From assembly GCA_964016885.1 (NCBI GenBank), contig OZ024741.1, positions 374,418,001-374,482,000 of the forward strand: a DNA stretch of 64,000 nucleotides, written 5' to 3'. Both the position numbers and the translations under genes were made by a program. Position 1 is the stretch's first letter; every line of letters begins with the position of its first letter. Source of the DNA: Eledone cirrhosa. Taxonomy: Eukaryota. Shown here one piece after another: positions 54,316 to 64,000 of the stretch. A model generated the notes under the pieces. The model did not search any database, had not been told where the DNA came from, and worked only from the letters and a program-made list of their open reading frames with translations.

Positions 54316-57300
54316 CCAATTCAATGATGTTCCAGAACAATGTAAACGAGATAATTGCCAATTTGGGTTCTGGAACAAAAAAGATCATTGGCAATAAGGG
54401 CAGGGGCCCCAAGTTATCACAACCTGGGCCCGCCCGTCATCGTGCCATTGTAATAGAGCCAAACAGGGCATTTAGTCTTGGCTGCTGGAACGTACGGACG
54501 CTGCTTGACAGGGATTCTTTGGAGCGTCCTGAACGAAGGACCGCTCTTGTTGCGAAGGAGCTTCGACGTTACGATCTTGACATCGTGGCTTTGTCTGAGA
54601 CGAGGTTAGCTGGAGATGGTCATCTTACGGAATTTTGTGGAGAATATACATTCTTCTGGAAAGGAAGAGATGAAGGAACCAGAAGAGAGGCTGGGGTAGG
54701 ATTTGCTGTTAAGACTGTACTGGTGAATAAATTGGAAGAATTCCCAGTGGGGATTAGTGAGCGTCTTATGTCCATGAGAGTTCCGCTGGACAAGGGAAGA
54801 TATGCTACCCTGGTGAGTGTGTATGCTCCAACTATGAATTCTGTCGATGAAGAAAAACTGTCCTTTTACCATGCCTTGAAAGGTGTTTTAAGAAACATCC
54901 CTCAGGCAGACAAAGTCATCGTGCTTGGTGACTTTAATGCTAGAGTGGGTAGGGATTTTAACACATGGAATGTAATCGGAAGGCATGGGGTGGGAAAGTG
55001 TAACAGCAATGGTATGCTCTTGCTGCAGATGTGTGAGGAGCTGGATCTGTGTGTTACCAACACCATGTTCCAACAAAAGAACAAATTCAAGACCACATGG
55101 ATGCATCCTGCATCTAAGGAATGGCATCTTTTGGACTACGTCCTAGTCAGGATGCGTGACAGACAGGATGTGCGGTGTGTTCGTGTTCTTCGTGGAGCTG
55201 AGTGCTGGACGGACCACCGCCTGGTACGCGCAAAAGTGAATCTAATCACCAAACGTAAAATCCGGGCTCCTGGTGTTACCCTGCCCAAAAGATTGAATGC
55301 TGCTCGTCTTAAGGATAAAAATGTGAAGAGGACATTGGAAGAAGAGATGCAGGCTGCAGATCTTGGTGAGGATTGGCCGACCCTTAAAAAGTCGGTTTAT
55401 GATGTAGGCAGACGTGTTCTGGGATTGGTGCAGAGAAAACATCAGGACTGGTTTAATGAGAAAGATGTGCATATAGATGACTTGTTGGCTGATAAGAGGC
55501 GCGCTCTGTCACGCTACTTGACGGCAAGACCACAGGAGAGGAATACGTTGCATGAGGAGCTCAGGGATGTAAAATCACGTGTTAGGCGGAGTCTTTCTCA
55601 GATGAAGGATCAGTGGTGGAGTGAGAAGGCTGGTGAGATACAAACTGCGTCTGATTGCAATAACACAAAGCTGTTGTACAGTCTCTTGCGTGAGGTTTAT
55701 GGACCGTCTTCTTCTCTGGTGACACCGATTCGCAGCAAGGATGGCAAAGAACTTCTTCGTGACTCACAGGGAATTCTACGAAGGTGGCGGGAGCACTTTG
55801 ATGATCTTTTGAATCAGCCATCTGTCGTCAGTGAAGATTTCCTCAATCTCATTCCGGAAAGTCCTGTGAAAGTAGCTCTCGCAGAGCCTCCGACACTTGT
55901 GGAGGTTGCAGTGGCTATTTCGAAGCTGAACAGTGGAAGATCTCCAGGTATGGATGGCATACATGCTGAGCTCCTACAATATGGTGGTGAGAGACTCCTG
56001 CAACATCTTCACTCTCTGTTTGGAGGGATATGGGCTAATGAATCCGTGCCTGAGGACTGGAGAGATGCAGTAATGGTGGTCTTGTACAAGGGAAAGAGTA
56101 ACAGGAATGATTGTGGGAACTACAGAGGTATATCATTGCTTTCTGTCGTGGGGAAAGTTTTATGTAGGGTGCTTCTGGACCGTCTGCTGACACACATTGC
56201 AGATTGTGTCCTTCCTGAAAGTCAATCTGGTTTTCGTGTTGGACGCGGCACTACTGATATGATCTTCTCAGCTAGACAGCTCCAGGAGAAGTGCATTGAA
56301 CAGGGCTTGGATCTGTATCAGGTTTTTGTCGATCTGACAAAGGCTTTCGATACTGTCAACAGAGATGCATTATGGAAGGTTCTCCAGAAACTTGGTTGCC
56401 CTGATAAGTTCCTTGCTTTAGTTAGGTCTTTCCATGACGACATGAAGGCTTGGGTTAATGTCGGAGGTAACATGTCGGAGCCTGTCTCAGTAAAAAATGG
56501 AGTGAAACAGGGGGATATTCCAGCACCGACCCTGTTTGCCATATACTTTGCAATGGTTTTCTGTGTTGCATTCAGGAATTGCGAGCATGGTGTTTACATC
56601 CGATATCGAACCTCAGGCAGCATATTTAACATCAGGCGCTTTGCTGCGAAGACAAAAGTATTTACATCAGTCATAAGAGACCTCTTGTATGCAGATGATT
56701 GCGATCTTGTAGCGCACACAGAGAGTGATATGCAGCACATTTTGAATGTATTTTCTGACGCTTGCACTGCCCTGGGTTTGACTGTCAGTCTCAAGAAAAC
56801 CGTCGTCATGTACCAACCTGCACCTGGTAGGCAGTACACTGAACCAAACATCTATGTATATGGCAAACGACTTGGAGTGGTTGATCAGTTTGTCTACCTG
56901 GGAAGCACTGTCAATCGATACGGCAACCTTGACAGTGAAATCTCACTTAGGATTAGGAAAGCAAGTGATGCTTTCGGAAAGCTAGAAAGGCGACTCTGGG
57001 GTCGGCGAGACATATGCAGGAGGACAAAGGTAAAGGTGTACAGGGCATGTGTACTCTCTTGTCTTCTTTATGCCTGCGAGACCTGGGTCACATATCGACG
57101 CCACCTTAAGCAATTGGAGCGTTTCCATCAGATGTGTCTCAGACGGATACATGGCGTTCGCTGGAGGGACCACATCAGTGATGTCGAGATTTTGGAAAGC
57201 TCTATGTGTGACAGTATAGAAGCTCTTGTGCTTAAGCAGCGACTCCGTTGGAGTGGTCACCTTGCCAGGATGAAGGATTCTAGAATACCAAAACAACTCT

Positions 57301-57979
57301 TCTATGGAGAGTTGGTTAAAGGAAAACGACCGCCACATAAACCAAAAAAGAGGTATAAGGATTCCTTGAAGGCCTCTCTGAAAGACGCTAACATCTCTGC
57401 TGATACATGGGAAAATATTGCTGCTGATCGTAATAAATGGAGAAAGACTGTATATGAGGGAAAAGTTGCCTTTGAGGCATCTCGAATCGCACACGAGAAA
57501 GTAAAGCGGGACGTGAGGAAGGGTATTGCTGTTGCACTTCCAGACGGCGAGGGTCCTCCTATGTTTCTGACATGCAGCGTCTGTGCGAGACTCTGCCTAA
57601 GCAAAGCTGGACTCGAAAGTCATCTTCGCAGTCATAAAGTAAGACCAGTGGTTGACTACCAGGCTGCTGTTGGAGATGCTACTCATCATGCTTGCCAAAC
57701 ATGTGGTGGAGAATGTAAATCAGCAGGAGGACTCAAGCGACATGCAAAAGTACACGAACTCCAACCACAGCCGACTATTCCCAGTAAATGTTTTGGTTGC
57801 CGACTCTGTGCAAGACATTTTGGATCATTGGCTGGGCTAAAAAGCCACATTCGATCGCAGCACTGTTAGTTGCTATCGTGTGTTTGTGTGTGTGTGTGTG
57901 TGTAGATATGCTTATGTGCGTGCGTGTGTGTGTATATATATATGTATATTATTGTTGTTGTCGTTATTATTATTATTGC

Positions 57980-58010
<31 letters not shown>
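54049..58010 (+). mobile_element. Full-length RTE-BovB-like LINE
   Basis: Structured 5' UTR, one intact ORF, (TG)n/(TTA)n 3' region; 3' boundary approximate. Confidence 0.88.
54324..57869 (+). CDS. APE-RT polyprotein with three C-terminal C2H2 zinc fingers, 1181 aa
   Basis: WNVRTL, RPERRTA, SETR, GDFNARVG, TDH, DLTKAFD, YADD; three CxxC...H...H motifs. Confidence 0.93.
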   Translation: MMFQNNVNEIIANLGSGTKKIIGNKGRGPKLSQPGPARHRAIVIEPNRAFSLGCWNVRTLLDRDSLERPERRTALVAKELRRYDLDIVALSETRLAGDGHLTEFCGEYTFFWKGRDEGTRREAGVGFAVKTVLVNKLEEFPVGISERLMSMRVPLDKGRYATLVSVYAPTMNSVDEEKLSFYHALKGVLRNIPQADKVIVLGDFNARVGRDFNTWNVIGRHGVGKCNSNGMLLLQMCEELDLCVTNTMFQQKNKFKTTWMHPASKEWHLLDYVLVRMRDRQDVRCVRVLRGAECWTDHRLVRAKVNLITKRKIRAPGVTLPKRLNAARLKDKNVKRTLEEEMQAADLGEDWPTLKKSVYDVGRRVLGLVQRKHQDWFNEKDVHIDDLLADKRRALSRYLTARPQERNTLHEELRDVKSRVRRSLSQMKDQWWSEKAGEIQTASDCNNTKLLYSLLREVYGPSSSLVTPIRSKDGKELLRDSQGILRRWREHFDDLLNQPSVVSEDFLNLIPESPVKVALAEPPTLVEVAVAISKLNSGRSPGMDGIHAELLQYGGERLLQHLHSLFGGIWANESVPEDWRDAVMVVLYKGKSNRNDCGNYRGISLLSVVGKVLCRVLLDRLLTHIADCVLPESQSGFRVGRGTTDMIFSARQLQEKCIEQGLDLYQVFVDLTKAFDTVNRDALWKVLQKLGCPDKFLALVRSFHDDMKAWVNVGGNMSEPVSVKNGVKQGDIPAPTLFAIYFAMVFCVAFRNCEHGVYIRYRTSGSIFNIRRFAAKTKVFTSVIRDLLYADDCDLVAHTESDMQHILNVFSDACTALGLTVSLKKTVVMYQPAPGRQYTEPNIYVYGKRLGVVDQFVYLGSTVNRYGNLDSEISLRIRKASDAFGKLERRLWGRRDICRRTKVKVYRACVLSCLLYACETWVTYRRHLKQLERFHQMCLRRIHGVRWRDHISDVEILESSMCDSIEALVLKQRLRWSGHLARMKDSRIPKQLFYGELVKGKRPPHKPKKRYKDSLKASLKDANISADTWENIAADRNKWRKTVYEGKVAFEASRIAHEKVKRDVRKGIAVALPDGEGPPMFLTCSVCARLCLSKAGLESHLRSHKVRPVVDYQAAVGDATHHACQTCGGECKSAGGLKRHAKVHELQPQPTIPSKCFGCRLCARHFGSLAGLKSHIRSQHC

Positions 58011-58223
58011 GAATGCCATGGTTGACGGAGGCTCGGCTCTGTAAGGTATAGTAATTTTTAACCGTTAAAACAATTGTAAATTGTTTAAAACTTGAACCAA
58101 ATTGTTGATAAAGACACCCTCCTCCTCGTGAGAGGGGTCTTTCTGTCCGTTATTTGGCCCTTCGGGGTTAAATAACCAGTTATTGGGGTTTTGTACCCAA
58201 AATTTCATTTTAAACAAAAAAAC

Positions 58224-60320
58224 ATGGCTACCAAAAAGAAATTTCATACGTCACTCCCACTCATTCCGTCTTCTTCTTCCTCAATCATCACTACAGCAGA
58301 GAGAAGATTGTCTCTCTCCCTCCCTTCTTTAAATGTGTCTCTCTCCCTCCCTTCTCTTTCGCAAGTGACGAAAGAAAAGAAAAGTCTCGTGCAAAGCGTG
58401 CAAGGTTTCTCCACGACGACGACGACAGCGACGAAACAGGTGTGCGGGAAATACGAAAACCCAGTTCATTCGTCTGACGTCAGGAATAATAGCAGTAGCA
58501 GCCGTAATAACAACAGCAACAGTGACAATGAAAACAACAGTAGCAGCCGCAACAGCATCACCAGCAGCATAAACAACAACAGCATTAGCAGCAGCAACAC
58601 CAACAACAACCACAGCAACAGCGGCGGAGGCAGTAGTCGTAGTACCTGCAGCAACAACAAAAGTACCAGCAGCTCTGACGACAACAACAACAGCAGAGAA
58701 AAACCAATCTCATTTGCAGGTATTGCGAAAAATTTGGAAACAATCCTCATAACAAATGAGGAATTAGAGGAAGCGAAGAAGATGGTGACAAAGAACGGAC
58801 ACCGAGCAATCTGCAAGGCAGCGAAAAATTTTTTCGAAACCCAAGAGCACTGTACGGTCACGTACCGTACAGTAAGTACAAAATCCCGTAGGGTGGAAAG
58901 AGCCACAGAGGCCCAAATACAAAAAGCCTTGGGGTCTGTGTGGCAGCGGAAAACGCACATCACCCGAGGCAAAAAATATGCCACCGTAGACGTACTTTTT
59001 GCCACACCCCAGGAGGCAAAGGCCCAATCAGTAGTGACCCTAAGGAGCGAGGAAATGGTGTTGGTGCCCTCCTACTGTGGGCAAAAAATTGTGAGGGTCA
59101 AACTGACCCACGTCCCCCCCGGAATGACCCCTTCTTGGCTGGCCGCGTCTGTCCTCGTCGGAATCGAGGACAAAACAACTGTACTGCAAGTACAGAAAAA
59201 AGTAAGAGAAGATTGGGTCGGCTCCTCCATTGAGATGCTAATCCAAACCAACCAGGAGTGCATCGAAGCTATCCCAGATGTGATAGACTTCGATAACGGC
59301 ACTCAACTGCCCATAAGTGTTGAGGGCAAACGCCCGAAATGCTTTCGGTGTGGATCGAAGACTCACCTCAGGGCCTTCTGCAACGAGAAGACCCTGAGAA
59401 AGGAGAAAACCCCCCTCCTTCCGAATCCGGCTCCACGGCTACCAGCAACAGGACAAGCGGCAACCAGGAACGATAGGTCCGTGGCACCCATACCCACGCC
59501 ACGGAAATCAAAAACAGCAGCAGCAGTGGAAATATTAACAACAACAACAGCAATACCAAATGCAGCTGCAACAGAGACTCCAGTGCAAACATCACCAACA
59601 ACAACAAGTGAAAGAGTGGAGCTGGTACCCCTCCCCGACCTCACAGAATCAGACATGGAGTGTGAGGTGGGAGAGGGATGGCAAAAGGTCGCAAGAAGGC
59701 ACAAACGCAGAAGCAGCGCATCGTCGCCTTTGAAAAGGGAGGAAAGAAATGAGAAAAGGGTAAAGTCTACTGCAAAGAGACCCACAGCAGCAACAACACC
59801 AACACCATCACCACCCACACTAGCACCACCATCACCACCGGCGACAACCCCACCGCCAACAACACCTTCAACACCACCACCACAAGCACCAACATCGCAA
59901 ACACAACAACAAAACACACACACCCAGCAACAACGACAAGAAAATAGCAGAACCACACCCCACCCCCAGAAAAACAAATGCACGGCAATAAATACACACA
60001 ACAAGAAACTAATGACTTACATAATTGAACACACAGACATTTCACAACAGGACTACATAATACCAGCACCAATCAAAACGCCAACTAACATAAGACTGCT
60101 AAAAATAGCACAGAAACAATACACAAACATTAAAACGAAATTCCCCAACGCAGTTGGTGATTTCAGGGACCTAGGAGGAACCATCAATCGAAGAGTATAC
60201 TCAGACATTCTCTTAGAAGAGCCGACGACCAGCCGAAGGGACGATTCAACGGTCCCTTCACCAGACGATCAAGTGAAAAGGGATGTAAAAACCATCCCTC
60301 CTCTACCAAAAGTACGGTAA
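58224..60320 (+). CDS. Tx1-type ORF1 with CCHC zinc knuckle
   Basis: ATG at 58224; VEGKRPKCFRCGSKTHLRAFC; Ser/Asn- and Pro/Thr-rich tracts; GWQKV..R motif. Confidence 0.85.
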   Translation: MATKKKFHTSLPLIPSSSSSIITTAERRLSLSLPSLNVSLSLPSLSQVTKEKKSLVQSVQGFSTTTTTATKQVCGKYENPVHSSDVRNNSSSSRNNNSNSDNENNSSSRNSITSSINNNSISSSNTNNNHSNSGGGSSRSTCSNNKSTSSSDDNNNSREKPISFAGIAKNLETILITNEELEEAKKMVTKNGHRAICKAAKNFFETQEHCTVTYRTVSTKSRRVERATEAQIQKALGSVWQRKTHITRGKKYATVDVLFATPQEAKAQSVVTLRSEEMVLVPSYCGQKIVRVKLTHVPPGMTPSWLAASVLVGIEDKTTVLQVQKKVREDWVGSSIEMLIQTNQECIEAIPDVIDFDNGTQLPISVEGKRPKCFRCGSKTHLRAFCNEKTLRKEKTPLLPNPAPRLPATGQAATRNDRSVAPIPTPRKSKTAAAVEILTTTTAIPNAAATETPVQTSPTTTSERVELVPLPDLTESDMECEVGEGWQKVARRHKRRSSASSPLKREERNEKRVKSTAKRPTAATTPTPSPPTLAPPSPPATTPPPTTPSTPPPQAPTSQTQQQNTHTQQQRQENSRTTPHPQKNKCTAINTHNKKLMTYIIEHTDISQQDYIIPAPIKTPTNIRLLKIAQKQYTNIKTKFPNAVGDFRDLGGTINRRVYSDILLEEPTTSRRDDSTVPSPDDQVKRDVKTIPPLPKVR

Positions 60321-60355
60321 GTGGTCTTTCCCATCTTTTCCACTCTATTTTAAAC

Positions 60356-63300
60356 ATGACCTCACTCAGAATAGGCAGCATAAATGCGCGTGGCTTGGGG
60401 TCGTCATGGAAGCAGGGTCACCTGCTCAACGACCTCAGGTCACTAAACATAGATGTAGTGGCCATCAGCGAGACCAGAATCTCCGAAGCACGGGCCTTCG
60501 TACCGATCTTCGGCGGCTACGATGTGTACGCATCTCCCAGCCGTCCTGGATCGGGTGGAGGAGTTGCTGTGCTTTTTCGGAGAGGTTTGGATCTCGCCAT
60601 ACGGGCCATCTTCCTGGACCCAGAGGGTAAGCTGGTGGTGCTGGACGTGACCAGCGGAGACGGGCAAGCTTTCAGGCTAGTGGCCGTCTATGCCCCGACA
60701 GGAGCAGGGCGGCCTGATTTCTTCCGGCGTCTGGAGACCTTTCTTGGAACGTCCCGCTCTTTAGTGTTAGTGGGCGACTGGAACGGGATCTTAGATGCAC
60801 GCTGGGACTGTGTGGGATTAGCGGATAGGGGTGGAGGGTGCAAGAGCCTCACCAACCTGCTCAGGCGTTTTGAACTGTCTGACAGGTACCGATTGGATTT
60901 CCCGAATGTGCCAATGTGGACTTGGACAAACCGCATAGGGTCATCCAGATCATATCTAGATAGAGTATTTTGTAGGGAAATAGATAGGTCTAGCATAGGC
61001 TGTCCACAATTCAAGATAGTCAGCTACACGGACCACAAATTCGTGATCTGTGTGCTTGACTTAGATAGGCTTCATAGACGAGGACCCGGCTACTGGAAGC
61101 TAAACGCGTCCTTACCAGCGCGCAAGGCCTACAGAGACCGGATTAGCGAACTAGTTAAGCGGGCGTTGACGGGGGCCATCGTCAACAACAAGTGGTGGTT
61201 TGCTCTGAAAAGAGCGATTAGAATAGAATCGATTAGGTTTAGTAAGGCTTTAGCAATAGAGAAAAATAGAGCAGAGGGAGAACTAGTTAGAAAATTAGAC
61301 GAGGCGCTTAGCAAAGGCATTGCGACCGACGTGCTTGCGGCGAAATTGGCCCTTGACCAATTCTTCAATGCAAAGCACGAAGGCTGCGTTGTCAGAGCTA
61401 GGGTGCGTGCTCTCAGACACGAGGGGACGAAAGCCGTTCAATGGGCCCGAGTGGCGGAGGCACGTCGTGGCAACAAAGCCACGATCCGGTCTTTGGTGGA
61501 CCACGACGGGCGCATACTACTCGATCCCGGGCAAATGTGTGAAGCTTTTCAGCGACACTTCGCTCAGCTGTTCGGGGGCAGCGGGGGGCCGGGTAGAGGG
61601 ATGGACTTTAGTGTCTACCTCGACGGACTGCCGCGGCTCTCGGCCACTGAGGCGAAGTGTTGCGAAAAGCCGATAACAGCCGCTGAAGTAAGGGAGGCAA
61701 TGACTGGCTGCACAAGGGGTAAATCGCCTGGTTTGGATGGTCTGCCCTATGAACTTTACGTACAGATGCCAGACTTGTTCGGAGGCCTCTTGGCGGACGT
61801 CTACTGCAACTGGCAACAGAACGGGAGAATTCCCAGTTCTGTGAGCCGAGGAGCGGTGGCACTGCTGAGAAAGGATCCGAACAAGGGGGATAACATAGAC
61901 AATTTCCGGCCCATAACTCTGCTAAACACAGAGTTTAAGATTTTGGCCAAGGTGCTAGCAAAGAGGTTGGCGCTTGTCGTTGGTGGTCTGGTGGGAGAGG
62001 CGCAGACATGCGCCATTCCCGACAGATCCATCCACGACAACCTCCACCTCATGCGATACATCGTAGAGAGGGTAGCTAGGGAACCTGGCACGGGTGGGTC
62101 CTTGATCAATTTAGATCAGTCGAAAGCTTTCGATAGGGTCGACCATCGTTACCTAGCGGCAGTCCTGAGGGCGGCTGGCTTTGGGCCCGTCTTCAGAGGC
62201 TGGATCGCTGCCATGCACAGCGACATCTGCTCTGTGGTGAGAGTGAACGGTCACCTGTCGGAACCGTTCAACATCATGCGCTCGGTCCGCCAAGGATGTC
62301 CCCTCTCGTCCCTCTTGTACGTATTGACTCTCGAGCCATTACTGCACAAACTGGAGACGTTGAGGGGAGTCCCGCGCGAACTAGGATGCGGAAGATCCGT
62401 GTCAGCATATGCGGACGATGTCACCGTAGTGGTGTCGAACGCCAAACACATCGAGGCGATCGGCACTACACTAAGAGAATACGAAGCGGTGACAGGAGCA
62501 ATGATCAACCAGGAAAAGTCAGTGGGCCTGCAGCTCGGCACCTGGAGAGGCAAGTCCATGCCGTCCAACAGCGTCGTCGGGCGCTGGACGGACGGACCGG
62601 TTAAATTGCTAGGGGTCTGGTTCGGTCCGGACCTCCAGACGGACAAAAACTGGGACGAGGTGACGAGCAGGGTGGCTTCTCTCACCCAGAAATGGGCGGA
62701 GAGGAAGCTATCCCTGAAAGGTCGAGCGGAGGTGGCTAACGCGTACATCGCGTCTGTCATCTGCTACCGCCTAACCGTCGTACCTTGTCCTAAGCCTCGC
62801 CTGACTGCGCTGGAGCGTTTGCTCTTTCGCTTTTTGTGGAAGGGACGTGCTCCGATGGTCAGGCGGTCCATCTGTTGTCAACACCCGCTACGTGGAGGGC
62901 TGGGCATGCCGTGGCTGATGATGCGCAGGCACGCGCTCAGGCTACGACATCTCCACCTCTTCCTCGACGGTGATCAGGTGTGGTCGCCGTTTGCTAGACG
63001 CGTTTTTCCCCAGCTCGTTTCCTTGACGGAGCTGCAGTCCTGGGTCAAGCGAAGACCGAGAGGGAGCGCCTGGAGACTGGAATGTCTTCAGGCGCTCACA
63101 GCCCTCGACCAATCGGGCAATGTGATCGGTGGAAACTCCACCTTGGCGTTCTATAGAGGATTAGTGGAGGGGAAGAGCGACGACGTACTTGGGGAAACTC
63201 TAGGCGTCGACGAAAATCAACTAGCCAATCTCTTCGGAAGAACTTTCGGGCCAGGGCCTATGGACAACTTCCAGAAATCTCTGGCCTGGCAGTGCTACCG

Positions 63301-63775
63301 AGGAGCCTTGCCAGTTCGGGATAAACTCTACAGGCATGGAGGTGCCGTCAGCCGGGCATGTCCGAGATGCGCGCAGGGCGACGAAACCGTCCTGCACGCA
63401 CTCGTCCAGTGTCCGAAAATTGCTGACTTGTGGGTTTATGTCGAACACCTGCTGTCGCGTTTAGGACGGATCCAGCTATCATCTGAGTCTATCGTGAGGA
63501 TTGCCCCGCCCTCCTCCTTTAGCCGGGAAGGGCAGGCAGTTTTTATCTGTCTGGTGGCCATGGCGAAAGAGATAGTATGGTGGACACGTTTGAAAGGGCT
63601 GAAGACGAGCACTTACCTCTTCGGTGATGCTCTGATTGACTTTTTCAAATTTCATTTGAAAAGGAAAATCAGAGTAGAGAAGGAAGTGCTCTCTTCCCAG
63701 CATTTTGTTGAAAGATGGGTGAGAGAAGCAAGAATGGCCCGAGTGAATGGGCCGACTCTGAGTATATATCTGTAA
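60356..63775 (+). CDS. Tx1-type ORF2, APE-RT with C-terminal zinc motif, 1139 aa
   Basis: SINARGL, SETR, GDWN, GYWKLN, DQSKAFD, VRQGCPLS, YADD, CPRC...ET..H....C. Confidence 0.93.
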   Translation: MTSLRIGSINARGLGSSWKQGHLLNDLRSLNIDVVAISETRISEARAFVPIFGGYDVYASPSRPGSGGGVAVLFRRGLDLAIRAIFLDPEGKLVVLDVTSGDGQAFRLVAVYAPTGAGRPDFFRRLETFLGTSRSLVLVGDWNGILDARWDCVGLADRGGGCKSLTNLLRRFELSDRYRLDFPNVPMWTWTNRIGSSRSYLDRVFCREIDRSSIGCPQFKIVSYTDHKFVICVLDLDRLHRRGPGYWKLNASLPARKAYRDRISELVKRALTGAIVNNKWWFALKRAIRIESIRFSKALAIEKNRAEGELVRKLDEALSKGIATDVLAAKLALDQFFNAKHEGCVVRARVRALRHEGTKAVQWARVAEARRGNKATIRSLVDHDGRILLDPGQMCEAFQRHFAQLFGGSGGPGRGMDFSVYLDGLPRLSATEAKCCEKPITAAEVREAMTGCTRGKSPGLDGLPYELYVQMPDLFGGLLADVYCNWQQNGRIPSSVSRGAVALLRKDPNKGDNIDNFRPITLLNTEFKILAKVLAKRLALVVGGLVGEAQTCAIPDRSIHDNLHLMRYIVERVAREPGTGGSLINLDQSKAFDRVDHRYLAAVLRAAGFGPVFRGWIAAMHSDICSVVRVNGHLSEPFNIMRSVRQGCPLSSLLYVLTLEPLLHKLETLRGVPRELGCGRSVSAYADDVTVVVSNAKHIEAIGTTLREYEAVTGAMINQEKSVGLQLGTWRGKSMPSNSVVGRWTDGPVKLLGVWFGPDLQTDKNWDEVTSRVASLTQKWAERKLSLKGRAEVANAYIASVICYRLTVVPCPKPRLTALERLLFRFLWKGRAPMVRRSICCQHPLRGGLGMPWLMMRRHALRLRHLHLFLDGDQVWSPFARRVFPQLVSLTELQSWVKRRPRGSAWRLECLQALTALDQSGNVIGGNSTLAFYRGLVEGKSDDVLGETLGVDENQLANLFGRTFGPGPMDNFQKSLAWQCYRGALPVRDKLYRHGGAVSRACPRCAQGDETVLHALVQCPKIADLWVYVEHLLSRLGRIQLSSESIVRIAPPSSFSREGQAVFICLVAMAKEIVWWTRLKGLKTSTYLFGDALIDFFKFHLKRKIRVEKEVLSSQHFVERWVREARMARVNGPTLSIYL

Positions 63776-64000
63776 ACTAAAGGTGGAAAACTGGGAGAGG
63801 GCACTTGCCTTGGTGGTCAGGGTCATTGTGGCTTTTTACTGGGCTTTCTCCACAAATGTCCCTCCGAAGTCTCCCCCCTATTGGGGAATTTTTCATTGTT
63901 ATTTTCATTGTTATTTTTGTTACATCCTCTGTTTTTGTTTTTTTACACGCAGAAATGCCCATTTGTACCGTCCTGCATTGTCCTGCACTGTCCTTAATGT

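Larger units (their letters stand above)
58011..64000 (+). mobile_element. Tx1/L1-clade LINE; 3' UTR runs past the window edge
   Basis: Two intact ORFs 35 bp apart and a T-rich 3' UTR; begins after (TTA)n. Confidence 0.88.

Overview
AT-rich animal genomic DNA, most likely a coleoid cephalopod (Octopus-like; inferred from the repeat families, not proven). Positions 3871-17142 hold seven internal coding exons of cytosolic aconitase/IRP1 (ACO1, + strand) with clean AG/GT boundaries. No further ACO1 exon was found, so the remaining ~47 kb is probably one intron. That intron is mostly kilobase-scale (TA/TATG)n arrays holding at least six non-LTR retrotransposon families: two RTE families with a PHD finger inside the RT, an RTE-BovB-like element with three C2H2 fingers, a CR1/L2-group element, an R4/Dong-like RLE element and a Tx1/L1 element. 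The best candidate for an undescribed system is two families of non-coding, TA-anchored repeats carrying type I hammerhead ribozymes. One is a highly self-complementary 466-nt unit integrated as a 1.24x tandem plus a 339-bp fold-back (48388-49303), resembling a retrozyme or circular-RNA copy. The other has two copies (5890-5986, 19020-19124) with compensatory changes in stem II. Also notable: a LINE whose ORF2 appears reachable only by a -1 frameshift at T TTT TTA, a U6 snRNA copy split by a 221-bp insert, and a piggyBac derivative nested in a related MITE. All calls were made by eye, without searches or folding software.
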